The notes beneath the pieces were generated by a model, which searched no databases, was not told where the DNA came from, and was given only the letters and a program-made list of their open reading frames with translations. Of a stretch of 64,000 nt of DNA, positions 1 through 13,049 are shown one piece after another. This stretch comes from Marsupella aquatica. Lineage: Eukaryota > Plantae > Marchantiophyta. The position numbers were made by a program, and so were the translations under genes. Within the stretch, counting starts at the first letter, position 1, and each line of letters starts with the position of its first letter. Location of the stretch: contig OZ316891.1 of assembly GCA_973895155.1 (NCBI GenBank), forward strand, positions 11,406,771 to 11,470,770, in the 5' to 3' direction.

Positions 1-1329
1 GGGAGCCGGACCGGGGACCGGGGTGGACCGGGTGACAACTTGTCGGTTGTCGAGTCCAAAGGCCTCTATTTGTCGGACAAGTCCAAACCGGGGGGATAGA
101 GGTACTCTAGAGGTACAGTTGTACCAACAGAGTACAACTTTTAAGAGAAAGGGAGGAGCGTAGCTTCTTTCCCTTCGGAGTTTAAAGTTCTCTAAGTATT
201 CCAAGCCTATGTGAGCTCATAAGGGCTTCTGGCATTTAAATGAGAACTTTTAAGCAACAACAACTACTGAATGGCCAGAAGAGGGAGAGTGAAGAAGAAG
301 CAATGATAACTCCTGAGACGGCCCTAGCCTCGATCCAATAAATGTATTTTTTTGGTGCAAGTTTTTGCCAACTTCTATCTTCCCAAAATGTGTTCACCAC
401 TTTTTTTGCCATTTTTTCCAAAAATTTGCTAGATTTTTTGCATACCATTGGCCACTCTCCCACCAAATCATTGACCTCATTTGCCAAAATCTAACGGTTG
501 TATTTAAATCTAGGGATATTTGACTAATAGGATATAATTCAAGAAAAATTGTGGAAGAATACTCCTAGCATCTCCTACCTTTGAGAGGCTGACATTTGCC
601 ACATTGGCTAAAAACAAAAATTAATGGTTTAAACCCGGGACCCTAAAGTCCATCTCCAACCCTAACTCAATCTTGCCCCTTTGTTTACCATAGGAAGAGG
701 CATGGGGTGGGGGCCAAAATATCTGGACCAAAGTTGGTCTGGGGGTGGCAGGTCCTCCAATATTGGAAAGTGTTGCAAACCACACCACTATCCCAAGGGG
801 GCATGGTATTGGCGACTAAGGAGCCGAGTAAACTTGGATGAGGTTACCAAGGGGTTCCATGCAAGGGGTAGGCAAATTGTTTTGTTGAAAAGTGGGCTGA
901 GTCGTGCCGTTGCCTCAAGGGGAATTGGCGTTGGGGCGGCCAAAGCCAAGAAAGCGGCCGCAGTCAACTTTAATCAAACTAAGCTTAAAGTAACCAAAAA
1001 ATTGGGGTTACTGATAAGGTTCCAAGATATATGCAAGTGCAGGGAAAGGGCCATTGAAAAGTCAGCCAAGCAGCGCCGTTCCCCCAGGGGGTCTCGACAT
1101 CGGGGTAGACAACGCTAATTAAGCTATTACGGCAACTTTGAGTAAGAAGTTTTAAGTAAGCGGCCAATGATGGTAACTTTCAGCAAAAAGCTTAATAACG
1201 TAACAAAAACTTTGGGGTTATCAATGGGGCTTCAGGATGCAAGGGGTGGCAAAAAAGTGGCAACAACTTAACAACTTTTTTACTTAACTTAACATGGTTT
1301 ACTAGCAATATTTTCAATTGTACTTAAGA

Positions 1330-2607
1330 ACATCTTTTACTTCACAACTTACATCTTTGTCTAACGACATCCTTTACTTATCGGCCATTTTATACTTAAT
1401 AACATCTTTGGTGAAACATCATCTTTTACCTGACAACATCTTAGACATAAGGACATCTTTGGCGCAACGACATCTTTTTACTTCACGACATTTTTCACAT
1501 AAGAACATTTTTTCTTCACGACACCTTTGGCAACACGACCGGGAACACGACATCATAGTTCTTAATGACATCTTCTTACTTCACAACATCTTTCACATAT
1601 TAACGACATCTTTGGCAACTTACATGACATCTTTTTTCTTAACGACGTCTTTGGCAACATGACATCTTTTTTCTTAACGACATCTTTGGCAACATGACAT
1701 CTTTTTTTATAACGACATCTTTGGCAACATGACATCTTTTTTCTTAACGAAATCTTTGGCAACACAACATATTTTTTCTTAACGAAATCTTTGGCAACAT
1801 GACACTTTTTTTGTTGACAACATTTTTTGTGCAATGCACGGGTATTGAGCTATCTTTCACATATTAAGGACATATTGGGTGAAACAACACCTTTTTACTT
1901 ATAACATCATTTACTTCACAATAACTTAGTTTGGCAAAATGACAACTTTTTCTTAACGCCATCTTTCACATAATGACATCTTTTACATTTTGGGCGACAC
2001 AAAATCTTTTGTGCAATGCACGGGTATTTTTCCTCAACAACATCTTGGCCAACACAACATCTGTACTCAATGACGTCTTGGCCGACACAACATCTTTTTC
2101 TCAGTGATGTCTTGCCCGACACAACATCTTTTTTCTCAACGACGTCTTGGCCGACATGACATCTTTTTTCTCAACGACTTCTTTGCCAACACGACATCCT
2201 TTGTCTCAATGACTTCTTGGCCGATACGACGTCTTTTTAATCAATGAGATCTTGGCCGACACAACATCATTTTTCTCAACGACCTCTTGGCCAATACAAC
2301 ATTTTTTCTCAACAATCTCTTGGTCTACACGGCATCTCTTTTCTCAACCAATTCATGGCCGACATGACATCGTGGTCAACACCGGGGTCAACACGACATC
2401 TTTTGTTCTGAACGACCTCTTGGCCGACACGCCATATTTTGTTATCACCGACATTTTGGCCGACACGACATCTTTTGTTCTCAACAACATCTTGGGCAAC
2501 ACGACATCTTTCTTCTCAACAACCTCTTGGCCGACATGACCTCTTTTGTTCTCAATGACATCTTGGCCGTGACGACATCTTTTGTGCAACGCACTGGTAT
2601 TGAGCTA
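1330..2607. repeat. Degenerate ~35-bp minisatellite (core ACGACATCTT(T)GGC(A/C)ACA(T/C)GACATCTTTTTT)
   Basis: Dozens of degenerate copies of GACATCTT. The left half is GGCAAC-type and the right half GGCCGAC-type. The block TTTGTGCAA(T/C)GCAC(G/T)GGTATT recurs near 1826, 2008 and 2581. Overlapping ORFs are low-complexity artefacts. Confidence 0.85.
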
Positions 2608-2934
2608 GTAGGAAGATAAAACACACTTAGAGAGGTGCCAAATTAATCTAAAGTCTAAATTTTACAACCGGTGCACCTTGTAAGGCATAAAGTAAAAATG
2701 TATGACAAAAATTCTTAGTAAGACAAAACATTGAAAAGTGGATTGGAAATATAGCATGTCAAATTCAGAGGATTTAGATTTGCCTCCCTTTGCCAACACT
2801 CCACCCCACCCCACCCCACCCTTCCCTTGCATCCCTCCCATCAAACAGTTAGCAAAACTGCACACAGTGTGATAACTTGACCCAAGGTGTGGCTATGCTG
2901 ACTACTGTAGGTACTTATGCTACTTATGCTTCAA

Positions 2935-3590
2935 CACTACTTTGGAATCAACCCCACCCTCCACAACACCCGCACTGACATTTCATTTCCCTCAATGACT
3001 TCTTCAATACTACTTTTGCATAAACCCCGCCCTCCACAACACCCTCACTGAACATTTCATTTCCTCAATGACTTCTTCAATTCTACTTTTGCATAAACCC
3101 CGCCCTCCACAACACCCTCACTGACATTTCGTTTCCCTCAATGACTTCTTCAATACTACTTTTGCATAAACCCCGCCCTCCACAACACCCTCACTGAACA
3201 TTTCATTTCCTCATTGATGTCCTTAACTACTACTTTTGTAAAAACCCCGCCCTCCACAACACCCTCACTGACATTTCGTTTCCCTCAATGACTTCTTCAA
3301 TACTACTTTTGCATAATCCCCGCCCTCCACAACACCCTCACTGAACATTTCATTTCCTCATTGACGTCCTTAACTACTACTTTTGCAAAAACCCCGCCCT
3401 CCACAACACCCTCACTGACATTTCGTTTCCCTCAATGACTTCTTCAATACTACTTTTGCATAATCCCCGCCCTCCACAACAGACTCACTGAACATTTCAT
3501 TTCCTCATTGACTTCCTTAACTACTACTTTTGCATAAACCCCGCCCTCCACAACACCCTCACTGAACATTTCCTTTCCTCAATGACTTCC
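2935..3590. repeat. Tandem array of nine 73-74 bp units with an A/B dimer (~147 bp) higher-order structure
   Basis: CCCTCCACAAC starts at 2957, 3030, 3103, 3176, 3250, 3323, 3397, 3470 and 3544. Units alternate CTGACATTTC(G/A)TTTCCC and CTGAACATTTCATTTCC. Confidence 0.95.
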
Positions 3591-3853
3591 TTGGAAGACA
3601 TATCTGTGCCTCAATCACTTCCTTCGAACACACATCTGTGCCTCGATGACTTCCTTGCCTCACAGACAGTAAGAGTGAAAGATCTCTCAGGAACGCTACC
3701 AAGTAGCTTTGTTCCCACTCGACATGTCCATAGCTTCACTGCCCATCGTGTGAGAACTCCGTTGTGGAAAGCACTTCTAGAGAATGGGAAATTGATTTGA
3801 GAACTCTTCTGGGAGGACGAGGAGGATCCTTTCCAATTATGCTGTGGGGGACG

Positions 3854-6390
3854 ATGGCGATGGCCTGCTCCGGGGTAGTGGCCGGTCGGCCTCTGGGGAC
3901 GAACGCTCATTGTTCTGACTCTTTAGGTGCCGGTTTTGGCACAGTGAGGTTGTCCACTTGGGCTTGGATAGGGAGGCATCAGTGTTCGGCTCCTGCTAGG
4001 GTTCCGTCTTGGTTAGGTTCTGTCTCCTCGCTTCGCAGCCAAGGTGAAAGGAGAATTCAGCCTTGTGCCAATTTCCTGATGAAGACCCCTTCCACAATTA
4101 TGTGTTTCGCGGCAACTGATGAAACTCCAACCGGAGCAGAGCGAGAATTAGGTGAAGCATTCCGCATTCTGTTGGTTTTTAGTACCTGCCGCTTTGAGGG
4201 TTTTCTTCAACATATTTGATTCGAGCCTGACTGTTAATAATGTCTGGCATTGTTGATTCATCCAGAATTCTTCGGCCTCCGGAAAAGTATCTACGATTCA
4301 GCTTTGAAGGTCGAAGAAATAGTATCGTCAGCAGAAATGGAAGAGAAAGAATCCATCTTAGCTGACCTTGAACAACAAGCTGCTCAAAGCAGTCTTTGGG
4401 AGGATCCCGCGCAAGCTCAGATAACTTTGTCAAACCTCACAGATTTGAAAGGCGATCTTTCAATGCTCAAGAGCTTTCAGTCTAAAGTGAGCATCTCCAC
4501 TTAACTTGCTTTTTTATCTTCGCCCCTGTCAGTTGTTTCCAGTCTTGGACTTCGACCTTCGAATTTTTTTTATGCTCTTATCAGTCCTTTCTCTCTATCA
4601 AGCGAAGTCTGTAGCAGTACGACTTGAACAATGGTGGAAACCAAATTAATACTGGAAGCAGTCGGACTGGGCCTCATTTAGATGTGGCGTTCCAAGGGTT
4701 ACCAAAGTCACACATAACAGAATGTGGGTACCCCGAACACAGGCGACTAAGTAGTAAGAAGTTTCAAATATTTAACGTAAGTTGTTAATGTTTGACGGAA
4801 GCCGTGGCCTCTGGGTTCTCAGGTGGAGGATGCGAAGGCTATTGTGGAGCTGCTGGAGGAGGACATGGAAGTCCGTGATCCTGGGCTTCTTCAGGAGGCC
4901 GGCGATATTGTGAGATGGCTGGGGAATGCTGTGGATCGATACGAAATGACCAAACTTTTGTCCGGCCAATATGACAAGAAGGGAGCACGGCTGACTATAT
5001 CTGCCGGAGCAGGTGGCACAGACGCACAGGTTTCTCCTTCCCACCTCTTTTCTGTGGCCCCTCAGACTGGCTAATTACCAGAAATGTTTCACAGGCATGT
5101 CATAGGGCTCCGCCTGTCCTGTAATGTCGTTTCCATTTCAGTCAGCTAGAATTATTTTCAGGAATAGTAACTGCTTTTACCTTGAAAGGTCAGGCGTATT
5201 TTCAGATATGCCTGATTCAATGCCCACCTTCTGTTGTCTCAGTGCAGGATTGGGCCGAGATTCTTCTTCGAATGTACACTCGTTGGGGTGATCAAAATGG
5301 GTACAAGACAAAGGTAGTTGAATTATCTTCTGGTGAGGAAGCTGGGATCAAGTCTGCGACCTTGGAGGTTTATGGACCTTTCGCATACGGCTATCTTGCC
5401 TGTGAAAAGGGTACCCATCGGCTGGTCAGGCAGTCCCCGTTCAATGCAAAAGGCCTCCGCCAGGTCAGTCTGATTTCATATTTTGTTTTGAAGCCTTGGA
5501 CTCGTGCACGGTGTGGAAGAGCATTGAACAGAGTAGTTGAGCGTATTGAATAGAACTATGTCCTTCTTAGCAAACCTGTTGAGTTCTTTGAGGTGTTCCA
5601 CTTAGAAGTTCAACGGAGTTGAATTACATTTTCTCAAATCTCCTTAAGAGTTGCAATATCCTTGTGCATGAACTTCACTTTTTTGCAGACAAGCTTTACT
5701 GGTGTTGAAGTAATGCCCATCCTTGAGGAAGATTCTCTTAATGTTGACATACCTGAAGTAGATCTCGATATCAGTACTTCAAGAGCTGGGGGTGCAGGAG
5801 GGCAGAATGTCAACAAAGTAGAAAGTGCAGTGAGAATCACTCACATTCCAAGTGGCATCTCTGTTCGGTGCACAGGTCACCTTCTGGATCCAATACAAAA
5901 TGTCTTCTTTGTTTTCTTTAGTTCTCTGTGATCATAAATTTAACTATACGGGTTGTGGATCCCGTTCATGTGAGATGGAAGGATGGGAGAATAGATCTAC
6001 TTTTAGTCTGCTTCAGATTAGTGTGACTTTGATGATCTTTACTGAAAGTTTGTCTCTGGCGTTTGGACTGCAGAGGAGCGAAGCCAATTGCAAAACAAGG
6101 CCAAGGCACTGGCAATTCTTAAGGCAAAATTGCTCATAATAGCTGAAGAACAACGAGCGTCAGAAATTAGACAAATAAAGGGCGACATCGTCAAAGCAGA
6201 ATGGGGCCAGCAAATCAGAAATTATGTCCTTCATCCTTATAAATTAGTAAAAGACGTCAGAACAGGATTTGAAACATCTGCAGTTTCCTCTGTATTGGGA
6301 GGTGAGCTTGAACCATTCATAAAAGCTTACCTCCGGCAGAAACAGACGAATGTAAGATCTGATATGTCAACAATGGAGACAAAGGTGTAA
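3854..6390 (+). CDS. prfB: Chloroplast peptide chain release factor 2 (PrfB1/HCF109-like); exons approx. 3854-4151, 4266-4486, 4823-5029, 5248-5463, 5689-5875, 6074-6390
   Basis: Spliced product has [26 protein letters not shown] (RF2 SPF motif), [13 protein letters not shown] (GGQ) and [13 protein letters not shown]. All introns are GT-AG with consistent phases. The N-terminus resembles a transit peptide. The start could be the in-frame ATG at 3839 instead. Confidence 0.93.
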
Positions 6391-7863
6391 TTTCTCTGGA
6401 TCGTAAATGCACTAATTTTGAAATAAGGATGACTATATCTTTTAGCTTATTTTCAGACAGAACTGATGTCAAGTTTATTCTGTTGTAGTTCCAATGATAT
6501 GGCTCCTAAACTCTAGTAAGATGGCAGGTTTCTCTCCAAGCCCAAATATTTCCTTGCTTACAAATCTCCTTGTAGTCACTGCGAAGACACGTCTCTCGTG
6601 GACCCTTTACCTGCTGGACAAATATGCAGTCTATGGCCCAGGTGTTGAGATACCATAGGGACAAAAGTTTTGCCGTCGTTCCATAGTGATCGGTAATTTG
6701 ACGATGCTGATTCATATAAACAGGAAACTGAAGGGACATATTTAGTTTACAGATGCTCACAAGTTTGATGCAGCAAGGACGAAAGAAGAAGAGGCCAAAC
6801 CTGACCGCAAAGTATGTGAAAGCTCGCATTCAACTAATTCGATTCCGTTCACGTTCTGGATACGGTCTTATTTGGCACGAGATGTCCAATTTCCTTCTCC
6901 CTTGAAAACCGTTTGTGGATCGGCATCACTAGGAGAGCCATACTCAAAAATACATAAATGATTAACGAAATAAACGAAACGTGGTTGGGAAATAAATATG
7001 GTCGTGCCATATCGAAGAAGTGTATATTGGCTGATCTGAAGATGGTAGTGCCATACTAAAGAAATATATGAATGTACGATCACAGAAGTGAAATGAGGCT
7101 GCTGCTAGTGTTCTACTGCGCGCAAAAAAGACGAATGATGGTAAATTGTCGCTGATACACCTCGGCTCTACCGCAAAGGATGCGGATGGCACTGAGGAAG
7201 GATGCGGATAGCACTGAGGCTACGCTAGAAATCATCTGATATTTCACAACGAGCAGATGGTTTCGAATATAGCCCGAGTGTGATTTACTCCACTCTTCTC
7301 GAGTCCACAATAAATTCGCTCCGAGGGGTTCGCTCATATTCCTATCCTAGGGTCTTCTTGAACAATACAAAGGGAGACCAAGACTATGTGGAAATGATTC
7401 TGTCAAAGTTCTAAAAGTTCATATATAATCGACTGGATGCGCAAAGGGAGCTACCCTTCCTCGAAGAATGAGAGGGAGGCCTACAATGCTCAATCTCAAT
7501 GACAGATATTAAGTGGAGAACGAGTGCACTCAAAAATTCATTTTCTGCAATTTCTGAGAACAGGCTTCAAAAGGATTTGCAGTTGTGTCTTCTTACCTAG
7601 GAGTCCTCATTTCATCATCTAATAGGATAAAACCCTAGTGAATTTGACTGGATTCCTGCTTCTATCATCTGAAAAGGAGCCCGAGATCCATAACACCTTG
7701 CTGACCACCGAAGTTCTGGTCGGCTAACCAAAAACGGAAAGCGGAGGCCTTCCTCATAAAGATGTCAGAGCAACTGTAAACTGCGTCTCGTTCATCATAG
7801 CTAAGTTGCGAATGTTTCATCTTATGCTCCGAAGGTTGTGACTCGGGATCTGTTGATGCTAGC

Positions 7864-7993
7864 AGCTGGATATTCCTAGTAGTCAATCTCCATAATATCA
7901 GTGACAGCTAAAGAATAGGAGTGGATTGACTACTAGGAATATCCAGCTAAAGAATAGGAGTGGATTCCTAGCTGTCACTGATATTATGGAGAT
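7864..7993. repeat. Interleaved perfect inverted and direct repeats (A-B-C-A'-C-B')
   Basis: A 7864-7888 pairs with A' 7924-7948 (25 bp). B 7886-7910 pairs with B' 7969-7993 (25 bp). C is a 23-bp direct repeat at 7905-7927 and 7944-7966. Confidence 0.95.
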
Positions 7994-8679
7994 CGTAACC
8001 CCATTCTTGAAACAACGGTACTGTGAGCCAAGCTTCGATTCAGAATTGCCTTCTTTTGTCAAGATTTCGGTGAACAACGACGAGCCATGACATATGTGCA
8101 GATTAACTATGATGAAGACAGCTCAATTTCTCGCTATTATAGCAGTCAGATAGAATGTAGGAAATCTTTGTACTGGACAACATTCCAGCGTATCGTCAGG
8201 ATGGCGAGGGTACTAAGAAACCCATAATCGCATGGCTACAGGTCACCCCAAGGATCCTTCAGGCCAATGTCCTTGAAACTACTTGAAATATTTACAGAAT
8301 AAATTTGGAGGAGAAGAAGCACTAGAATGTATGGTGTGTTAGACGAGCTTAGCGCATCCAGCGGTCGTACTGCTCAAGAATGGGCTTAAAATCCTAACCA
8401 CGGGACCGTTCAACTTGCATCCAACTCGGTACTAATAGCAAATGACATCCATTGAATCTAGCCAAAACGGTGAAATGATATAGACAAGAAACGAGAGCAT
8501 GGCCGACATAGAAAGCGTCCAACACTACCATTCCGATAAGAAAACAATGAGACTCGCTTCTATGAAGTAGAAGAATGGCGAGCACGATTTATTGATCTGT
8601 ACACATATCTCTCAACCATTGTTGAGACATTACAATACTAGATTGTATACTGGGTAGATCATGTTTGTAGAAGATGGCA

Positions 8680-11260
8680 TTAAGCTTTCTCTGCAGCCAA
8701 CTGGTTGTGAAGAAATTCCAACACTGAGAGTCTCTGCAAACACAAACAGTGCAAGTGTGTTCGGACCTACTCAGTATTCCCTTCATGCAGAGTCGCCTGA
8801 CCAAAGATACATCGCTAAACTCGCCTCAAAATTGCAGAAGTGAAAAGCGAAGAACCGTTAATAACCTGCATGCTTCAGAGCTCCACAACAGCCGATGCCA
8901 AAATTCTTTAATAGTGAGTTCCAACCATAAAATTCTACTGAAGGAATCTGAACTTTTCTGCTTTAAGTCTGATCCGGGTAATCAAACACTGGATACGGAA
9001 TGTTAAAGAGCTTACCCGAGTTTCTAAGAGGACTTGTTCCTTAGTACTTAGTTTAGGAAGGCCTTCAAGCATCTTTACAGCTTCTTGGAAGCCCTCTGTA
9101 GCTGACCCCTCATTTCCCAAAGCTCGATTGACATCAGCAACCTTGGCCAATGACACTGCGACATCGAGAACCTTCACGGATGACAAAATATCAGCCATCA
9201 AATCAATTGGTCACTAAGGGAAACTCATTACAAGCGTTAGGTGTGATCCCCTACAAACCTTCTTCAAAGAGCACAACACAGGGATCCAACCAAGCAGAGC
9301 AAGCACAAGACCCTGTTGTGAAGAGCGTCACTCGAACGCAACAGTAAAATTCTCACCTGTGACGACAACCTTGTGAGGTTAGTTGCCTGCTGGCGAAGCT
9401 CAAGGGCCCGAGAGTAGAATGTTCGGGCCCCAGCCAAGTCTTGTGCATAATACTTGAGGTCTCCGAGCTTGTTTAAAGATACAGATAATGCATGCACCAC
9501 CTGAGTCCGACATGCCACATTAGATAATAACTAAACCCTGGGTAGGAGAGTCAAGTATCCTTGTAAACGGAACATATACAGACTACTAACGAACTTGAAC
9601 AAAAACTTGACTAATGAGTAAAGAAGACCTCCAGAGAGTTATACCTCTTCATCTCTGTTAGGCAAGTTCAAAAGAAGATCAACACTTTCTTGATAATACA
9701 TCATTGCTGCTTCGGCATCACCTGATTGACGGCTGCAAATGGACAATGTCAAGACTACGTCTCGAAAATGAACATGTAAGGACCGGCTATCCATTTTCCA
9801 GAAGCAGCGCAAGGATAAACTGACTATTACAAATCGAAACCACAAGATCATAATATCTGCATATATGTGGCCATCTGTAATACTTGAGAAACGTTACTCA
9901 TGTAAGCAATAGTTATGACTACAAGCCGACCACCCAAGCAACTGGGCTTTGCATAGTCTATCAAACAAACAATATCTCATTTAGGTCAATGAGGAGCACG
10001 AGGCCAAGAATCAAATGAAACTATCAACAGATCGTTACCAGCAATCACCCAGCATCCCAAGCACTGCTCCTAATTGTGAACATATTTCTGTGGAGGTGCC
10101 ACTTCTGGATAGTTCGTCTCTAGTATCTTCCGCACAGAGTTGCAATCTTGACTTCGCACTCTTGAAGTTTTGAGCTTGGAAAGCCTGCAGGAAATGTCTC
10201 TCTCAGTATCATTTGGGGTGAAAAATGATCTGGAAATAGATTCAGATGGCAACTTGAGCTTTAATGCCAATCACAAGGCTCGACAAAATCACAACCCATA
10301 TGGAAGGGAACTCATGATGGGCAGGAAAATTGGGGTGGACATCATCCTCAGGCTGACCAGATCCTGACACAACGACTTACTCTCATGGCATGCTGAATTA
10401 AAAAGCTCCCCCGAGCCAATGAAACGTCTTCATAGGAGACAACAAGTGATGGAGCGTTTTCTTCTCGGGGAGATGATTCTCCATTGGCTGGGACTGTTGG
10501 TCGTTTGATTCTCGCATGCCCGTCAATAAAACGTTCGACTAAACCCTGGAGTTGTGCGTCGTCATCTATGCGCTCGATGTCAGCACCACAAATGACGCAG
10601 TCTTGAAACCGCGAAATGCAATCCCTGCACGAGCAATTTCAAGTGTCAAATCGCAACAATTGCATATTCACCACATTTGGTACTTCAGTGAAGAATCAAG
10701 TGCTCGTTTCACTGGACGTATGAAATCAAGCTTGGGGAAAAAAATGCACAGGGGAAGAATAATGAATAATCTGACTTGGAAAAGATATCTTGTCTGCATG
10801 TAACCTAAAACTCAATGAAGAGGACATATTTCAAAGTCAGCTAAGTCTGAACATTTCCACCAATCCAGGACTATTATCCAAATCCGACCTACATGATAAA
10901 TGTAAGCGACAGGGTTGGAGGTCCAATGGCGCACCTGCAGAATATGTGTTGACAGGGTACACATCTGCTCGTTTCAAACAAAAGAGCCCGGCATATCACA
11001 CAGCTCAGAGGGCCAATCTTGAACGATACCGAGTCATAGCCGAGAGGGCATTTGGGAGCTACAGATGCATCCTCAACCCCTTGCTTTCTGTCATGGGGAG
11101 AAACGGGACATTTGGGTGTATCAGGTTGATCGTCGGACGCCTGATCTCCACTTAAAGCTTCAGCAGCATTCTCCTTATCTTCCTTTCTTCTTGTTCTGCC
11201 AGCTGGGCGCTCAGATTTGTCGTTAACACTAAGCCTTGCAAATGGACAAGCAATGCTCAT
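8680..11260 (-). CDS. NCA1: NCA1-like (NO CATALASE ACTIVITY 1) RING-finger/TPR-like catalase chaperone; exons approx. 11260-10935, 10624-10381, 10184-10039, 9732-9645, 9500-9357, 9171-9016, 8733-8680
   Basis: KCPLGYDSVSFKIGPLSCVIC...CVPCQHIFCRDCISRFQDCVICG RING, then RFIDGHARIKR, SQLGAVLGMLGDC, HALSVSLNKLGDLKYY, VLDVAVSLAKVADV and C-terminal RLSVLEFL. These match the NCA1 family as I recall it. Splice phases are consistent. Confidence 0.9.
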
Positions 11261-12199
11261 CTTCGCACAGTAATTGCTCCACAGCTTCAAAACAATACGA
11301 AAGAAAATTAAGGATGAACACACATTGAAACGCTTAGAATAATCATAACATAAATAATCATCACGACTCCTGAACAATTCTCGTCCTTACGTAAGTCGCT
11401 CAAGCAATTTGAAAACTTAAAGTGATCAGTCAAAATCTTCCGGAAGAAATAGGGCTCGTAATGGTGATTCAGATCAATTTCAATGCGACAATATGGGCAA
11501 CAAAACTCTCAGCTAGCTCGCTAGCTCCCAATCTAATTCCATTCTTCGCTTCTGTAATACGCAGCTACAAGTACCTGACAGCTATATCCTTGCTCTGGTC
11601 ATGAACACAATCTCAACGTCCTGGCGTGAACAAATTTCCCGAAAGCAGAGACCTAATTGTGATGAACAGGGCCACATTCCAAACCAAACGAGCCGTTAAC
11701 CTTCGGTACCGAGGGACGGAGGAGAGAGGCTGCTCTACAGAACAGAAATTGGACAGGAAACCCACAAACGAATCTAAAAACAAACAGAAGCCGCACAATT
11801 TGAAACTCATGATTCCTTTATTTCATTCACAAGCCGATTTGGGCGCTTACCTATCGTCCTCCTCCACCTTCCTCTCAAACCCACCAAAGAATGCAAGACC
11901 CGGTGCCCCTCTCGTAACGACGACGACATTCAATCAGTCCATCGATCTCCCAAACCAATTCCCAAGATTCATTCGTGCAACCCCTCTCACGAGTCACCCA
12001 CAGAATCACTCACTGAACCACTCCCTGTGAGCCAAACGGGCGTTGCTTCATCCAGGCACCATCCACCAGGACTTTTCTCGAATCAGCCGTGCTTTCCGGA
12101 TCTTCCTGATGACTTCAATCGCTTGCCTCTCAAGTCTCAGAGGATCGCAGCGTCACTCCCGCAACTCTACTTTCGAAGCTCTCTTTCCAAACTTCCATC

Positions 12200-12225
12200 C
12201 TCTCTCTCTCTCTCTCTCTCTCTCC
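12200..12225. repeat. (CT)n microsatellite in the probable NCA1 5' region
   Basis: Run of CT dinucleotides. Confidence 0.85.
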
Positions 12226-12329
12226 TCCGCCCGAAGATTCTCATCTTGTTTCTGCGACGGAAAAGGGAGAACTCAAGAACAGAGAAGAGAGAAGACAACG
12301 GAAATGAAGGGCTGGGCCGTTATTCAAAC

Positions 12330-13010
12330 TAATCTACGGCCGAAATCTCCGTATCGAAGTTAATGTACTCTACTGACCGTTAGATCTCGTCCTATCTTAG
12401 TCATAGACTAGATGGAAAATCGGCGGGGATGAGCGGAGGACGGACTGGAACGGGGTGGGTATGTTTAGAAGATAATCTACGGCCAGAATATCCCCAAGGA
12501 AGTAAATCTACAATAGCCGTTAGATCTCATCCAATCTCGGTAAAAGAGTAAATGGAAGCATTCGGCGCGGATGAGAAGAGGGCAGAGAGGAATGTGGACA
12601 GGAAGGGCGGGGATGGTTTGAAGATAATCTATGGCTGACAATTCCCTAAAGAGTGAATATACTCTACTGACCCTTAGATCTGGCCCTACCTTAGTGATAG
12701 AGTAAATCGAAAATGTTTGCGGGGATGAGAAGAGGACGGAGAGGAATGTGGACAGGAAGGGCGGGGATGCTTTTACGACAATCTACGGCCAAAATGTCCC
12801 CAAGGAAGTAAACATACTCTACTAACCGTTAGATCTCGTCCGATCTTTGTAACAGAGTAAATGGAAAAATTCGACCGGGATGAGAAGAGGACGGACAGGA
12901 GTGTGCGGACAGGAGTGACACGAAGGCCGGGGATGTTCTTAATTCAGATCATCTACGGCTGACATCTCCCTCCGGATGTAAATATACTCTACTAGCCGTT
13001 AGATCTCACG
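12330..13010. repeat. Five ~145-170 bp tandem units upstream of NCA1, each with an inverted motif pair ATCTACGGC ... CCGTTAGATCT
   Basis: ATCTA(C/T)GGC at 12332, 12475, 12627, 12781 and 12951. Each is followed by an (CT)CTAC...CC(G/C)TTAGATCT block, and the first four by GGATGAG(A/C)(A/G)GAGG. Confidence 0.9.
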
Positions 13011-13049
13011 CTACTAGACTAACTGCAAAAACTAGCCCAATGACCCCTT

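Noticed and set aside
681-1118. 145-aa basic ORF
   Set aside because: Non-ATG start, no homology signature, and it lies in repeat-like AT/GC-patchy sequence.
1318-2589. ORFs with repeated KKDVV or TTSFF peptides
   Set aside because: They are translations of a minisatellite on both strands with no domain signature.
3854-6390. Programmed +1 frameshift as in bacterial prfB
   Set aside because: The fragmented ORFs are fully explained by GT-AG introns in consistent phase, so no frameshift is needed.
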